Source: an uncultured Gammaproteobacteria bacterium (GTDB lineage: Bacteria > Pseudomonadota > Gammaproteobacteria > Steroidobacterales > Rariloculaceae). From it: a stretch of 64,000 nt of DNA. The position numbers and the translations under genes were made by a program. Each line of letters starts with the position of its first letter. The first letter of the stretch is position 1. The notes beneath the pieces were generated by a model. The model was not told where the DNA came from, did no database searches, and was given only the letters and a program-made list of their open reading frames with translations. The stretch covers positions 60,060 to 124,059 of the forward strand of contig CAYXIJ010000001.1 in NCBI GenBank assembly GCA_964465375.1, read 5' to 3'. Below are positions 1 through 8,103 of this stretch, in pieces.

Positions 1-1059
1 AGTCACATCTGCTTTCATGGGAAAACCACCCTGACCCAATACCAGCCGGGACCCATCCGCCTTATACACACCGTACCGATGTACGGTCCTTTGTGCATCC
101 TCTAATGCCATGGAATAACAGGCTGAGTCGGTGGTCAGGCCATCGCTCCCCGTAGGGGTATAGTCCGTCCTGGCGGGCGCGCCATCTGAGTCCATATTTT
201 CAAAATCAAGCTTGTAGGCTTTAATAAAATCCGTGCAGTACACCTTGTCGGTATCATTGAGGGCAAACTTCTGTACCAGCTGGATGGGACTTCCCGTCTG
301 TGTACTCTCATCCCAAATTCCAGTCATTTGGTTGTAAACGCCCGAGATGGTATTTCCACTAAAGCTCGCCTTGAGTCCTGAAGATGGGGCCATCATCATC
401 TCTTCCCTAAACACCACCTCATTTGCTGTGGCACTAAGGTAAGCGCCCCCAATGCTTGTTCCGGCAGGCATTGATGGTCCACCGGGCGGTGCGAAGGCCT
501 CCGCTAACGTGTAGCTCATTAGCATTTCAAATTCGCCAAACCGAGCCGTGGCCGATGGGGCCGCACTCTGGCTTCCCTTGACATAAATCAACATCGGTGG
601 AAAAGCCGAAGACATCTCGTCTTCGGGATCAGCTTCTTCGCCTGGAATATCAACCCAAACCTTTGCGATCATGGGGGAATTTTCATCCGCACGCGTCACC
701 TCAATGACAGATGATGTGACTTCCCTCTCTTCTCTATTAGCGCCCGATCCGCTCGAAGAGCCTGCATTGCTCGCCGTTTGTGCGGATGTTGGTTTAGCCG
801 CCGCCTGATCTGAAGCCGACATATCATCTTCGTCACATTCATCTTCATATATATTAGCTACGTACGCGCCCCGGTTGACCATTTTGTCTGGTGCCATCGC
901 ATTCATGTAGCAGATGAACCTATTGACCTGCGCGAGCGCGTCATTTGTTCCATTATCTGAAACATAAAAATTCACTGGATCGTCTTGGAATGCTGTTTGT
1001 GCGCATACTGACCCCGCTAAGAGGGAGAGCACGAACAGAAGTTGTCTGAAAGTTCTCAT
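1..1059 (-). CDS. secreted protein of unknown function (first 353 codons; gene continues past the left edge)
   Basis: Absent from the ORF track because no stop lies inside the window. My reverse-strand translation from ATG 1059..1057 (AGGAGA about 7 nt upstream) gives MRTFRQLLFVLSLLAGSVCAQTAFQDDP..., a Sec-type signal peptide followed by an Asp/Glu/Ser-rich segment. The frame stays open to position 1. It starts 17 nt after the stop of the upstream lipoprotein gene. Confidence 0.6.
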   Translation of the reverse strand, partial: MRTFRQLLFVLSLLAGSVCAQTAFQDDPVNFYVSDNGTNDALAQVNRFICYMNAMAPDKMVNRGAYVANIYEDECDEDDMSASDQAAAKPTSAQTASNAGSSSGSGANREEREVTSSVIEVTRADENSPMIAKVWVDIPGEEADPEDEMSSAFPPMLIYVKGSQSAAPSATARFGEFEMLMSYTLAEAFAPPGGPSMPAGTSIGGAYLSATANEVVFREEMMMAPSSGLKASFSGNTISGVYNQMTGIWDESTQTGSPIQLVQKFALNDTDKVYCTDFIKAYKLDFENMDSDGAPARTDYTPTGSDGLTTDSACYSMALEDAQRTVHRYGVYKADGSRLVLGQGGFPMKADVT

Positions 1060-1076
1060 AGTTGCTCTCCTATTCA

Positions 1077-1337
1077 TTATTGTGTCTCCACAAGATCAAT
1101 TTCGTTCGGCAGCGCAAGACCCGAAATTGAAGTATCAGGCGTAGGTGTAGGCGTAGGTGTAGGTGTAGGTGTAGGTGTAGGTACCGGTGTGGGTGTGGGT
1201 GTAGAACCACCACCGCCTCCGCCTCCGCCTCCGCCTCCGCAGGCACTGATCGCAAAAACGGCCAGCACTAATAGCAAGGCCCTCCCTTTTGAGAGCAAAG
1301 GTATCCCACCTACACTCAGTTGCACTCGTTTTAACAT
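1077..1337 (-). CDS. small lipoprotein with Gly11 and (Thr-Pro)n linker
   Basis: Track ORF 1077..1379. The best start is ATG 1337, with GGGAGA upstream. The product MLKRVQLSVGGIPLLSKGRALLLVLAVFAISAC has a lipobox (AISA|C). It continues with G11, S, (TP)3-VP-(TP)7 and a 19-aa tail DTSISGLALPNEIDLVETQ. Confidence 0.6.
   Translation of the reverse strand: MLKRVQLSVGGIPLLSKGRALLLVLAVFAISACGGGGGGGGGGGSTPTPTPVPTPTPTPTPTPTPTPDTSISGLALPNEIDLVETQ
1137..1238. repeat. in-frame hexanucleotide microsatellites inside the lipoprotein gene
   Basis: Plus strand shows ggcgta/ggtgta units repeated about 11 times (1137..1205, encoding the TP/VP repeats on the minus strand). This is followed by accaccaccg + (cctccg)x4 (1206..1238, encoding Gly11). 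Confidence 0.9.
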
Positions 1338-1634
1338 TTGATCCATCTCCCACCTCATAACTGATATTCTGCCTTTCAAAGCGACCAGCCAATCAAACAG
1401 ACTAATGTGAACTTAACCTCATGTGATAAGCGTACGCCATACTCGTGCTCTTTTTCCTAGGTCAATAAACTCGCCTACCCGGAAGGTATTCTATCTCGAG
1501 ATTGAAGGCTCTACAACGCGGAGAAAAAAAATATTTAATTCTTATAAATTAATCACTTAAATATAAATTATTTGTAGTTCACCGCGCCTTACTTATGGCT
1601 CGGTCACATGATTCCGCCGCTACGAAAATACTCC

Positions 1635-2552
1635 CTAAAAAAATCTAACCAAAAAATCGGCCATCCTTTTTATTGCTTGGGTCGCTTCAGGAAACATCTC
1701 TTCAAAATGCAAAAAACCGTGGGGCATACCTTCATAGTAGGACTCTTCGCACACTATGTTGGACTCCCTCAATTTCTGGGCCAAAGCCTTTGAGCTTGCC
1801 ATGAGTCCATCGTTGGTTCCGCAAAGTATATGGGTAGGTGGAAACTTCTCTGCCACGTGGATAGGGCTTACCCAAGGATGATGAAGGAGATCTCTGTTTC
1901 GGTCCGGTCCTAGATAGGAGCCAATCATCATTTCCGATATTAAATCAACGCCTCGAAATTCGGCCTGATCTCCTTCGGCGTCCGTTAGGCTGGCAAAGTC
2001 AACCACCGCATAAATCAGTAATATGCTTTGTATAGTCACCTTATCATCATCGGTCAGGGCTGCTGCTGCTGCTGCTGCCAAATTTCCACCGGCCGAATCT
2101 CCCCCCACAGACAACCTAGTAGGGTCTCCACCAAATTCATTGCAGTGCCCAAAAACCCATCGGATGGCTTCCATACAATCGTTAAAGCCTTCAGGAAAAG
2201 GGTTTTCCGGGGCCAGAGCATAATCTACATTAAAGACAAGATAACCAGCCTCTGCGAACCGGTGGCATATTTTTCTATGACTCTTGGGGCTACCGGCAAA
2301 CCACCCCCCACCATGGAAATAGATTAAAACGGGAAAAGGCCCCTCCCCTTGCGGGCTATGAATATCCGTACTTAGTACCCTGTTTCCTTTTTTTGCAATT
2401 TCTATCCCGCTACGGAAACCACCTATTACTGGAAGGTCATCATTTGCGCCCGCCGTATCCATACCCTCTTCCAGCATAGTCCTAAATTCATTGATATCTT
2501 TAGGTGACTTTCCCTCAAGGATGCTGGCCAGGGGGTCCCTTTTTTTATTCAT
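1635..2552 (-). CDS. alpha/beta hydrolase, family IV (hormone-sensitive-lipase-like) esterase/lipase
   Basis: 305 aa. Oxyanion-hole motif HGGGW (YFHGGGWFAG), nucleophile elbow GDSAGG, and a C-terminal catalytic-His context (GMPHGF). Confidence 0.85.
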   Translation of the reverse strand: MNKKRDPLASILEGKSPKDINEFRTMLEEGMDTAGANDDLPVIGGFRSGIEIAKKGNRVLSTDIHSPQGEGPFPVLIYFHGGGWFAGSPKSHRKICHRFAEAGYLVFNVDYALAPENPFPEGFNDCMEAIRWVFGHCNEFGGDPTRLSVGGDSAGGNLAAAAAAALTDDDKVTIQSILLIYAVVDFASLTDAEGDQAEFRGVDLISEMMIGSYLGPDRNRDLLHHPWVSPIHVAEKFPPTHILCGTNDGLMASSKALAQKLRESNIVCEESYYEGMPHGFLHFEEMFPEATQAIKRMADFLVRFF

Positions 2553-2555
2553 AAT

Positions 2556-3065
2556 TCAACCTAACTCGATTTGATGAATGATTTTCCACAGCTCAACCTC
2601 CTCATCAACCTTTACAAGCGAAACTTTTTTTAGGTAAGCCTTTCTTGGTACTTTAGGAAGCTGAGAGATAACAGAATTCTTCCTTGACTCCTGCTCTTCC
2701 CCATAAAACAAACTGATATGCGGAAAAAAATATCTCGACTCTAATGCAAACGTTTTTTCTAATGAACTTTTTAGTTCGGTGAGCTTTTCAGATTTTAATA
2801 CTTCTACAAACAACGACTGATAATATTTTTCCCTATAACCATAACTCATACACTGCACTTCTACCTCATAGAGTTGTTCTTTCAGGCTGAAAAAAAGATC
2901 CACTATGTTGCTGTCTATATTCTCCATTGGGCCTGCCAGGGTCAAATGAATATCGAAAGTCGGGCCTTGAAGAAAACGTCCCACCTGGGTTTTAAGTTCA
3001 GTCAGTTCCTGTGTCGAGGATTCGTCAAATTGACCCCAGAACCAATACCCTTTTGAGACTCTCAT
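2556..3065 (-). CDS. 2H phosphoesterase superfamily protein (LigT / cyclic phosphodiesterase-like)
   Basis: Two H-x-T/S motifs typical of the 2H fold (DIHLTLAG and PHISLFYG). The start is uncertain: the track ORF extends to 3101, and I prefer MRVSKGYWF at 3065. Its stop lies 3 nt from the esterase start. Confidence 0.6.
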   Translation of the reverse strand: MRVSKGYWFWGQFDESSTQELTELKTQVGRFLQGPTFDIHLTLAGPMENIDSNIVDLFFSLKEQLYEVEVQCMSYGYREKYYQSLFVEVLKSEKLTELKSSLEKTFALESRYFFPHISLFYGEEQESRKNSVISQLPKVPRKAYLKKVSLVKVDEEVELWKIIHQIELG

Positions 3066-3216
3066 TGCAGGCCTATATAAAACTTGCGGATAAACGACCA
3101 ACCCATTATGCGACGTCTCTGCAGTATGGGCTCGCGCTGTCGCAATCTTCGATGACTAGAGTGTATCCATAATGTAACCATCTCATCTAATAATTTTTTT
3201 AGTTCGATCGAATAAA

Positions 3217-4086
3217 TTATGGTTGCGCAGAAATTACCCAAGTCGCACAGGGACCCATTACGCCCTCAGGAGTATCAAATTCGCTAAGAGCTTTGCGGAT
3301 TGCTGTATCGATGGCTGCACGCTGGGCTTCACTGGCGCTTGCTATCTCTGCAACAGCCGGCCCCATTCGCATCATATAGGCCACGGCATCGTCCATTTTA
3401 CCGAGTGGCATTTTTTGGTCCACGCCCTCCAGTGAGATATTCTTAAACCCAGCTGATTTAAGTACCTCGTGAATCCAGTCAGGGTCTGCAAACGAGAAAG
3501 GCCCGGGTGCCCTGGGATCAGGTTTTTCGCCGGAACCCGACAGCAAAATCTCCTTAGCAGCAGCAACAGGTTGTGCTATCCAGGGGTTTTCAGGTGGTGC
3601 CCTCCAGCATAGTGCAACCAGACGCCCATCACTTTTTAGTGCCCGGTGAAAGTTTTTGAACGCTGATTTAGGTTCTTCAAAAAACATGACCCCAAAACAT
3701 GAAAAACAGAGGTCATATATATTTTCACCGAGATCCGCCGTGCCAGCATCCAATAAATCGAATCGCAAATTCTTCGGGGCAGGGCTAAGCTGCTCAGCTA
3801 AATCCAAAATCATTTTGGAAACATCTACACCTACGACACGGCCGGTTGCGCCGACTCTTTTTGTAACTTCTAGGGTGGTTTCGCCGGTACCACACCCAAT
3901 GTCGAGTACTGTTTCGCCCGCAGCCGGCGCAGCCCTCTGTATAAGTACCTCGCTTAGCGGGGCAAGTAGCGAGCGAGTACGCTCAACGTTCTCCGTCCAC
4001 ATCTTACCGCCCTCATTGTTCCAGAATTCTGCCTCCTGGGAGGGTAGGCTCTTGTTGTTGTTTTCTATTATTATTTTCTGGGTCAT
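3217..4086 (-). CDS. class I SAM-dependent methyltransferase
   Basis: SAM-binding motif I VLDIGCGTGE, followed by an acidic loop (GVDVS). The preferred start MTQKIII lies inside track ORF 3217..4140. Confidence 0.8.
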   Translation of the reverse strand: MTQKIIIENNNKSLPSQEAEFWNNEGGKMWTENVERTRSLLAPLSEVLIQRAAPAAGETVLDIGCGTGETTLEVTKRVGATGRVVGVDVSKMILDLAEQLSPAPKNLRFDLLDAGTADLGENIYDLCFSCFGVMFFEEPKSAFKNFHRALKSDGRLVALCWRAPPENPWIAQPVAAAKEILLSGSGEKPDPRAPGPFSFADPDWIHEVLKSAGFKNISLEGVDQKMPLGKMDDAVAYMMRMGPAVAEIASASEAQRAAIDTAIRKALSEFDTPEGVMGPCATWVISAQP

Positions 4087-4203
4087 AAAGGACTCCTGTG
4101 AGTTACCTGGAATTTTGCATGGAAAATAACAAGCTCCCAACTAACCGAAACACAAAAACTTTCGTACAAAAAAATTCAAACTGCACGTTCTGACCTGATT
4201 TAG

Positions 4204-5220
4204 TTATTTGTAGACGGGGCTGATGGTATCCCGCAGCGTGCACTCGAACGGTCTGACTTCGACGCCTGGCCTGTAGACCCAGGTGCCTTCCCAGATCGCG
4301 GGTTCCACCATGTTCTCTGAGTCCGTGACAACGATTTCATAATCGAGGCGGTTTTCATTCTTGCTCAATGTGTACCGCTCAACCATCGAGACGTTTTCGC
4401 TCATGGGTGTACCGTCAGCGTCGAGGAATGGGAAGGCGACCTGTGCCGTCTCGACGACAAGCGTATTCTCATCCCAACGACCGATCGAGTATCCAAGATA
4501 GCTCGGTGCTTGGGTCTGGATGCGCGCGTCTTCGCTCATGTGAAACACGCGCCGCGCATCCCACTCTTCAATCCGCTGAATAATTCGGTCGCCCTCGTCG
4601 ATGAACTCCATGGGATAGGGATTCAGAATGGCGTTGGGCATACCAGGCGGTATACATTTAAGGCTCGGGTCGTCGGTTCTCGGGTCAAAGGCGTCCCTCG
4701 ACGCCAGAGCCGCGGGTGTGAGCACGAGCGAACCGCGGGCCCGGTACAAATCGCGACTCCACACCTTGAAGATTCCGTTCCCGGCCACACCGGTCGTGCT
4801 GGCTAGTGTCATTTCATCGGCCGAGGGCAAAGTCCACCGCAGCGGAAGGTCGCGATCCGACAAGATCGCCTCCTCGCCGCTGGGTAAGAGCAAATGGGAG
4901 ACGAAGATGGCGGGTTCGCCTCGCCGGGATGCAGCCCCGGCCGCCTTCACTCGCTCGCCGATGGCTACGGATCCCGCGGTGAATCCCCGTCGTATCAGAG
5001 TGTTCGTCGTACCGCCCTCCAAGTCCCACTCTTCGGTCATGCCTGTATCATTTACCACCGCGAGCGTGAAGCTGACATGGGGATTTCTCCAGAAGATGTC
5101 GGTGATAGTTCCCTCAATCTCCACCGTGGTATTTCGATCGAAGAATGCCGTGACGGAATGGTGCGCTAGTGCCGGAGGAGAAAACACCAGAAATACCAAC
5201 GAAACGGCAATTAATCTCAT
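4204..5220 (-). CDS. secreted two-domain protein of unknown function (DUF6152-like N-domain fused to an uncharacterised C-domain), copy A
   Basis: Signal peptide MRLIAVSLVFLVFSPPALA|HH. N-domain: HHSVTAFFD...ITDIFWRNPHVSFTL. C-domain: LKCIPPGMPNAILNPYPMEF...GYSIGRWDENTLVVET...RPFECT. It is a paralog of 25692..26747 and of the split pair at 24432..25515. Confidence 0.75.
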   Translation of the reverse strand: MRLIAVSLVFLVFSPPALAHHSVTAFFDRNTTVEIEGTITDIFWRNPHVSFTLAVVNDTGMTEEWDLEGGTTNTLIRRGFTAGSVAIGERVKAAGAASRRGEPAIFVSHLLLPSGEEAILSDRDLPLRWTLPSADEMTLASTTGVAGNGIFKVWSRDLYRARGSLVLTPAALASRDAFDPRTDDPSLKCIPPGMPNAILNPYPMEFIDEGDRIIQRIEEWDARRVFHMSEDARIQTQAPSYLGYSIGRWDENTLVVETAQVAFPFLDADGTPMSENVSMVERYTLSKNENRLDYEIVVTDSENMVEPAIWEGTWVYRPGVEVRPFECTLRDTISPVYK

Positions 5221-5244
5221 GACTTCCTCTAATGGCTTGGTGCT

Positions 5245-6324
5245 TTACTCGCGATCCCAGTGCCGCATAATGGGTTGTTCGTTCGCTCGCATAGTGTTCA
5301 TATAGGCTTGTAGAAGTTCTCTACCGGGTAATCCTCTTCGTTCAATATCCGCCACCCAGGTGCTAGCCAGATCGGGCACGGAGGCGGCCCACTCACTCCG
5401 CTGTTCGTCAGACAGCGAAACTATTATTCCACCCAGAGCTTCAAAGGACTCTATTGATCTCGTACTTCTTCGGACGGTCTCCAGCGCCAACTCGTCCCGA
5501 TACACTTCCGCTGCCGTAAGTAATGCCCTGCGTACCTCATCGGGTAGCCGATCCCAGGTGTGTTCGTTTGCACTTATTGCAACGGAACTCACGGCACCAA
5601 GTCGTGCGTCGATAAGGTAGGGGGCGATCTCGTACAGCTTGAATGAGACAATAGCTTCGGGCCAGACGATCGCTCCATCGGTCAGACCTGTAGCGATATT
5701 GTTGTAGAAATCAGCCAAACTACTGCTTACTCCAACGGCACCCAGGCCTACGAAATACAACAGATTCATGCCCACTCCAGACATTCTGAGTCCACGAAAA
5801 TCTTCCAGAACTGTGATAGGTTGATTCATCAGAGCCTGGTACGTGTCCACTAGCCCAGCTGTGATGAGATAGACTTGACGGTAGTCGCTCCATAGCTTCT
5901 TCAGGTCCGGATATTGTTCATGCAGCTCGCTCACCGTACGCACCACAAGTCCCATGTCCGTCGTCACGAATGGAGTGACGTAGCTGAGATTGTAAAATGG
6001 AATTTTGTCCGAGTGGAATGATGTTGTGATGATTCCGATGTCCGCCAGACCATACTGAATAGCCTCAAAAGCACCGCCGGGCTTCGCCACGCTACCAAAT
6101 GGAGTATTCCAGTCGATCGCATAGATGCCCGTGACGGCAAGCTGACGATCCGTCTCAGGGATAAAGTGGGCAAGGAACGTCTCTATCCATAACGCAGTAG
6201 GCGGATAACCACTAACCACCGTTATCGGAATAATTTGCTGAGCCGTCGTGCCGGTGTTGCATAGTATCAATAGCAAGCACAGATTAGCCAAAGAGCGTGG
6301 GCAGCAACTGAGTTTCGATACCAT
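5245..6324 (-). CDS. DctP-family (TRAP-type) periplasmic solute-binding protein, orphan
   Basis: 359 aa with a hydrophobic N-terminus. The pattern resembles DctP proteins (AFEAIQYGLADIG, EDFRGLRMSG, ATGLTDGA, WDRLPDEVRRAL). No DctQ/DctM membrane genes are present in the window. Confidence 0.55.
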   Translation of the reverse strand: MVSKLSCCPRSLANLCLLLILCNTGTTAQQIIPITVVSGYPPTALWIETFLAHFIPETDRQLAVTGIYAIDWNTPFGSVAKPGGAFEAIQYGLADIGIITTSFHSDKIPFYNLSYVTPFVTTDMGLVVRTVSELHEQYPDLKKLWSDYRQVYLITAGLVDTYQALMNQPITVLEDFRGLRMSGVGMNLLYFVGLGAVGVSSSLADFYNNIATGLTDGAIVWPEAIVSFKLYEIAPYLIDARLGAVSSVAISANEHTWDRLPDEVRRALLTAAEVYRDELALETVRRSTRSIESFEALGGIIVSLSDEQRSEWAASVPDLASTWVADIERRGLPGRELLQAYMNTMRANEQPIMRHWDRE

Positions 6325-6344
6325 GCCTTAAGCATAGTACCCTA

Positions 6345-7526
6345 TTACTCCGTCGGTACGAGAGAGTAACGACCGTCGGCAGCCAGACATTCAGCTTCGG
6401 GCAGACCAAGCTCTCGCTTCACCATGTTCGCGCCCTGTACGAGCGATGCCATTTTGTAGCGGGCATGTCGACGGCTCATGCCCTCTCGTCCCATCCCACA
6501 GTCTGAGCAGAGAATTAGGCGCTCGGCCGGGATGTGCTGCAGTGTTTCTCGGATTCGCTCAGCAATCTCTGCTGGGCTCTCGATTTGCAGGGAATGATGA
6601 TCGATCATTCCGATAGCAATTTTCTTCTCGGTAATGATTTTACCGATAGCGGGGACGTCCCTCATGCCCGAACTGCACGATTCGAACGTAACAACATCCG
6701 CATCGACCTGATTGTAGAATTCCAGTGCTGGCTCGTAACTCTGGGCTTCTTTAAACATACGCTGTTGTGAGGGATTACCCCAGCATGTGTGACACCAGAC
6801 TTCGGTCTTATCGCGCAAACCTTTAGTCGTGTTATCAAAGACTTTTACCATATCGCCCATGTCGTGCTTACCGAAAACCTTCCCTCGCACAGGGATCATA
6901 TGAATTGAAGGCTCTTCGAGTTGGATGACCGGACAGCCGGCATCGGCGAGCTCATTTAACTCTTCGTTGAGCGCGTTACTTAGTGCCATGATTCGCTCAA
7001 AAGGGTCCTTATAGTGGGCGTCGTCTACGGCAGCAGCCAGGATATCCGGGGTCACTGTTCCAAATTTGACCGGTTTCGCCGTCAATCGCTGGGCTGTCTT
7101 CCACATCGCCGTGTACTGCAGGTCGCCCCGGCCGATGGGCCCGATGACCCTAGGCATAACTCGAGCTTCCAGATAATCATGGAGTATGTGACCCGGGGGA
7201 AAAGCAACGCCACCGGTCCGCATAATGGCAGGCTGAGGATTGTTCTTTTCAAAACCCTCCATGTGAAACAGTGGATAGCTTGTCCAACTCTGACCACCTA
7301 CCTCCTCGTCGTAATGGGCATCACCGTCCGTACAGATATCGAGGCCCGCAATTTCCTGATCCCGCAGGTGTACGGCGACCGCATCTGTGTATTGCTCACG
7401 ATAACGTGAGTTCATCATGGAACGAAGGAAAGTGTTCGAGCCGAGGTTTTCCGTAAACCAGCTTGGCCTAGGTAGCGAACCAATGATTGTCGTTGGAAGT
7501 GCAAGATTGGCGGTTGCTTTGAGCAT
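6345..7526 (-). CDS. cobalamin-independent methionine synthase (MetE C-terminal domain)-like Zn methyltransferase
   Basis: 393 aa. N-terminus LPTTIIGSLPRP. Putative Zn ligands are retained: H-x-C (CHTCWGNP), Glu (TFESCS) and Cys (LCSDCGMG). This is single-domain size, not full-length two-domain MetE. Confidence 0.75.
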   Translation of the reverse strand: MLKATANLALPTTIIGSLPRPSWFTENLGSNTFLRSMMNSRYREQYTDAVAVHLRDQEIAGLDICTDGDAHYDEEVGGQSWTSYPLFHMEGFEKNNPQPAIMRTGGVAFPPGHILHDYLEARVMPRVIGPIGRGDLQYTAMWKTAQRLTAKPVKFGTVTPDILAAAVDDAHYKDPFERIMALSNALNEELNELADAGCPVIQLEEPSIHMIPVRGKVFGKHDMGDMVKVFDNTTKGLRDKTEVWCHTCWGNPSQQRMFKEAQSYEPALEFYNQVDADVVTFESCSSGMRDVPAIGKIITEKKIAIGMIDHHSLQIESPAEIAERIRETLQHIPAERLILCSDCGMGREGMSRRHARYKMASLVQGANMVKRELGLPEAECLAADGRYSLVPTE

Positions 7527-7578
7527 CTTTTGAGGTCCTTACTTAAATTTTTAAAGATAATTTCTTATAACTTTACTT

Positions 7579-7625
7579 AGTTGCTTTGCGAATGATGGCA
7601 GATAAATTCTAAAGGACAAGCAACT
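7579..7625 (-). promoter_or_regulatory. stem-loop in the roughly 110-nt leader of the MetE-like operon (unclassified)
   Basis: The minus-strand leader contains AGUUGCUU ... AAGCAACU, an 8-bp stem with a loop of about 31 nt. A possible promoter lies upstream: TAGACT (7669..7664), 17 nt, then TGCAAT (7646..7641). No riboswitch class could be assigned by eye. Confidence 0.25.
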
Positions 7626-7777
7626 GACATTAAAACCACCATTGCATTTCCTAAATATAGTCAAGTCTACCGGCGCTTTGCTTTGTCCGGCCGATCTGTT
7701 GGTGCAGTGCATGCGGGCTGGGGAATGCGTGAACTCGATGAAGGCGGTCACATTTTCTCGGGAATACTGAGGAGTGC

Positions 7778-7868
7778 TGGCGGAGAGGGAGGGATTCGAA
7801 CCCCCGGACGGGAATTACCCGCCAACGGTTTTCAAGACCGCCGCATTCGACCACTCTGCCACCTCTCC
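7778..7868 (-). tRNA. tRNA-Ser (anticodon UGA)
   Basis: Reverse complement reads GGAGAGGTGGCAGAGTGGTCGAATGCGGCGGTCTTGAAAACCGTTGGCGGGTAATTCCCGTCCGGGGGTTCGAATCCCTCCCTCTCCGCCA. It has a 7-bp acceptor stem GGAGAGG/CCTCTCC, anticodon loop CT-TGA-AA, a long variable arm, a GGTTCGAATCC T-arm and an encoded CCA. Confidence 0.95.
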
Positions 7869-8103
7869 GGCGCCTGCATTCTCTCGAGGCCTCTCGCTCA
7901 GCGCAAGACCCTAGGACCAAAGACACCGAGGAACCCAAACTCATTATGACATTTCTCTACATAAAGGTAGGTGACGGGAGCAAAGGAAAATCAATATAGC
8001 GCACAGGCACAGCATTACTCGTCTAGGCATGTTGCTGATAAGTCGCTGATAGTAAACTCTGAAAGTACCAACATCTAACCACTAGCACGGTGCTATAAAT
8101 ATC

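Noticed and set aside
1137-1238. A tandem repeat array that could be mistaken for a CRISPR or minisatellite locus.
   Set aside because: The unit is 6 nt with no spacers, and it lies entirely inside a coding frame. It is a coding microsatellite, not a CRISPR.
1042-1341. Plus-strand ORF encoding (GV)n and poly-Pro (..GVGVGVGVGV..PPPPPPPPPPP..), plus two other repeat-derived ORFs (1070..1255 and 1135..1392).
   Set aside because: These are antisense or alternative-frame readings of the hexanucleotide repeat. Only the minus-strand frame 1077..1337 has an SD, a signal peptide and a lipobox.
2059-2079. A (TGC)6 trinucleotide repeat inside the esterase gene, encoding Ala7.
   Set aside because: It is short and in-frame, lying in a surface-loop-like position after the GDSAGG motif. 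There is no evidence of phase variation.
4628-5305. A 225-aa plus-strand ORF, plus several 70-100-aa ORFs opposite copy A of the HH protein.
   Set aside because: They lie antisense to a gene with a clear signal peptide and paralog support. Their composition is Arg/Ser/Pro-rich, typical of the wrong frame in GC-richer DNA.
7651-7949. Track ORFs 7651..7944 (-) and 7683..7949 (+).
   Set aside because: Both are read through the tRNA-Ser gene (7778..7868) and its flanks. They have no coding features.
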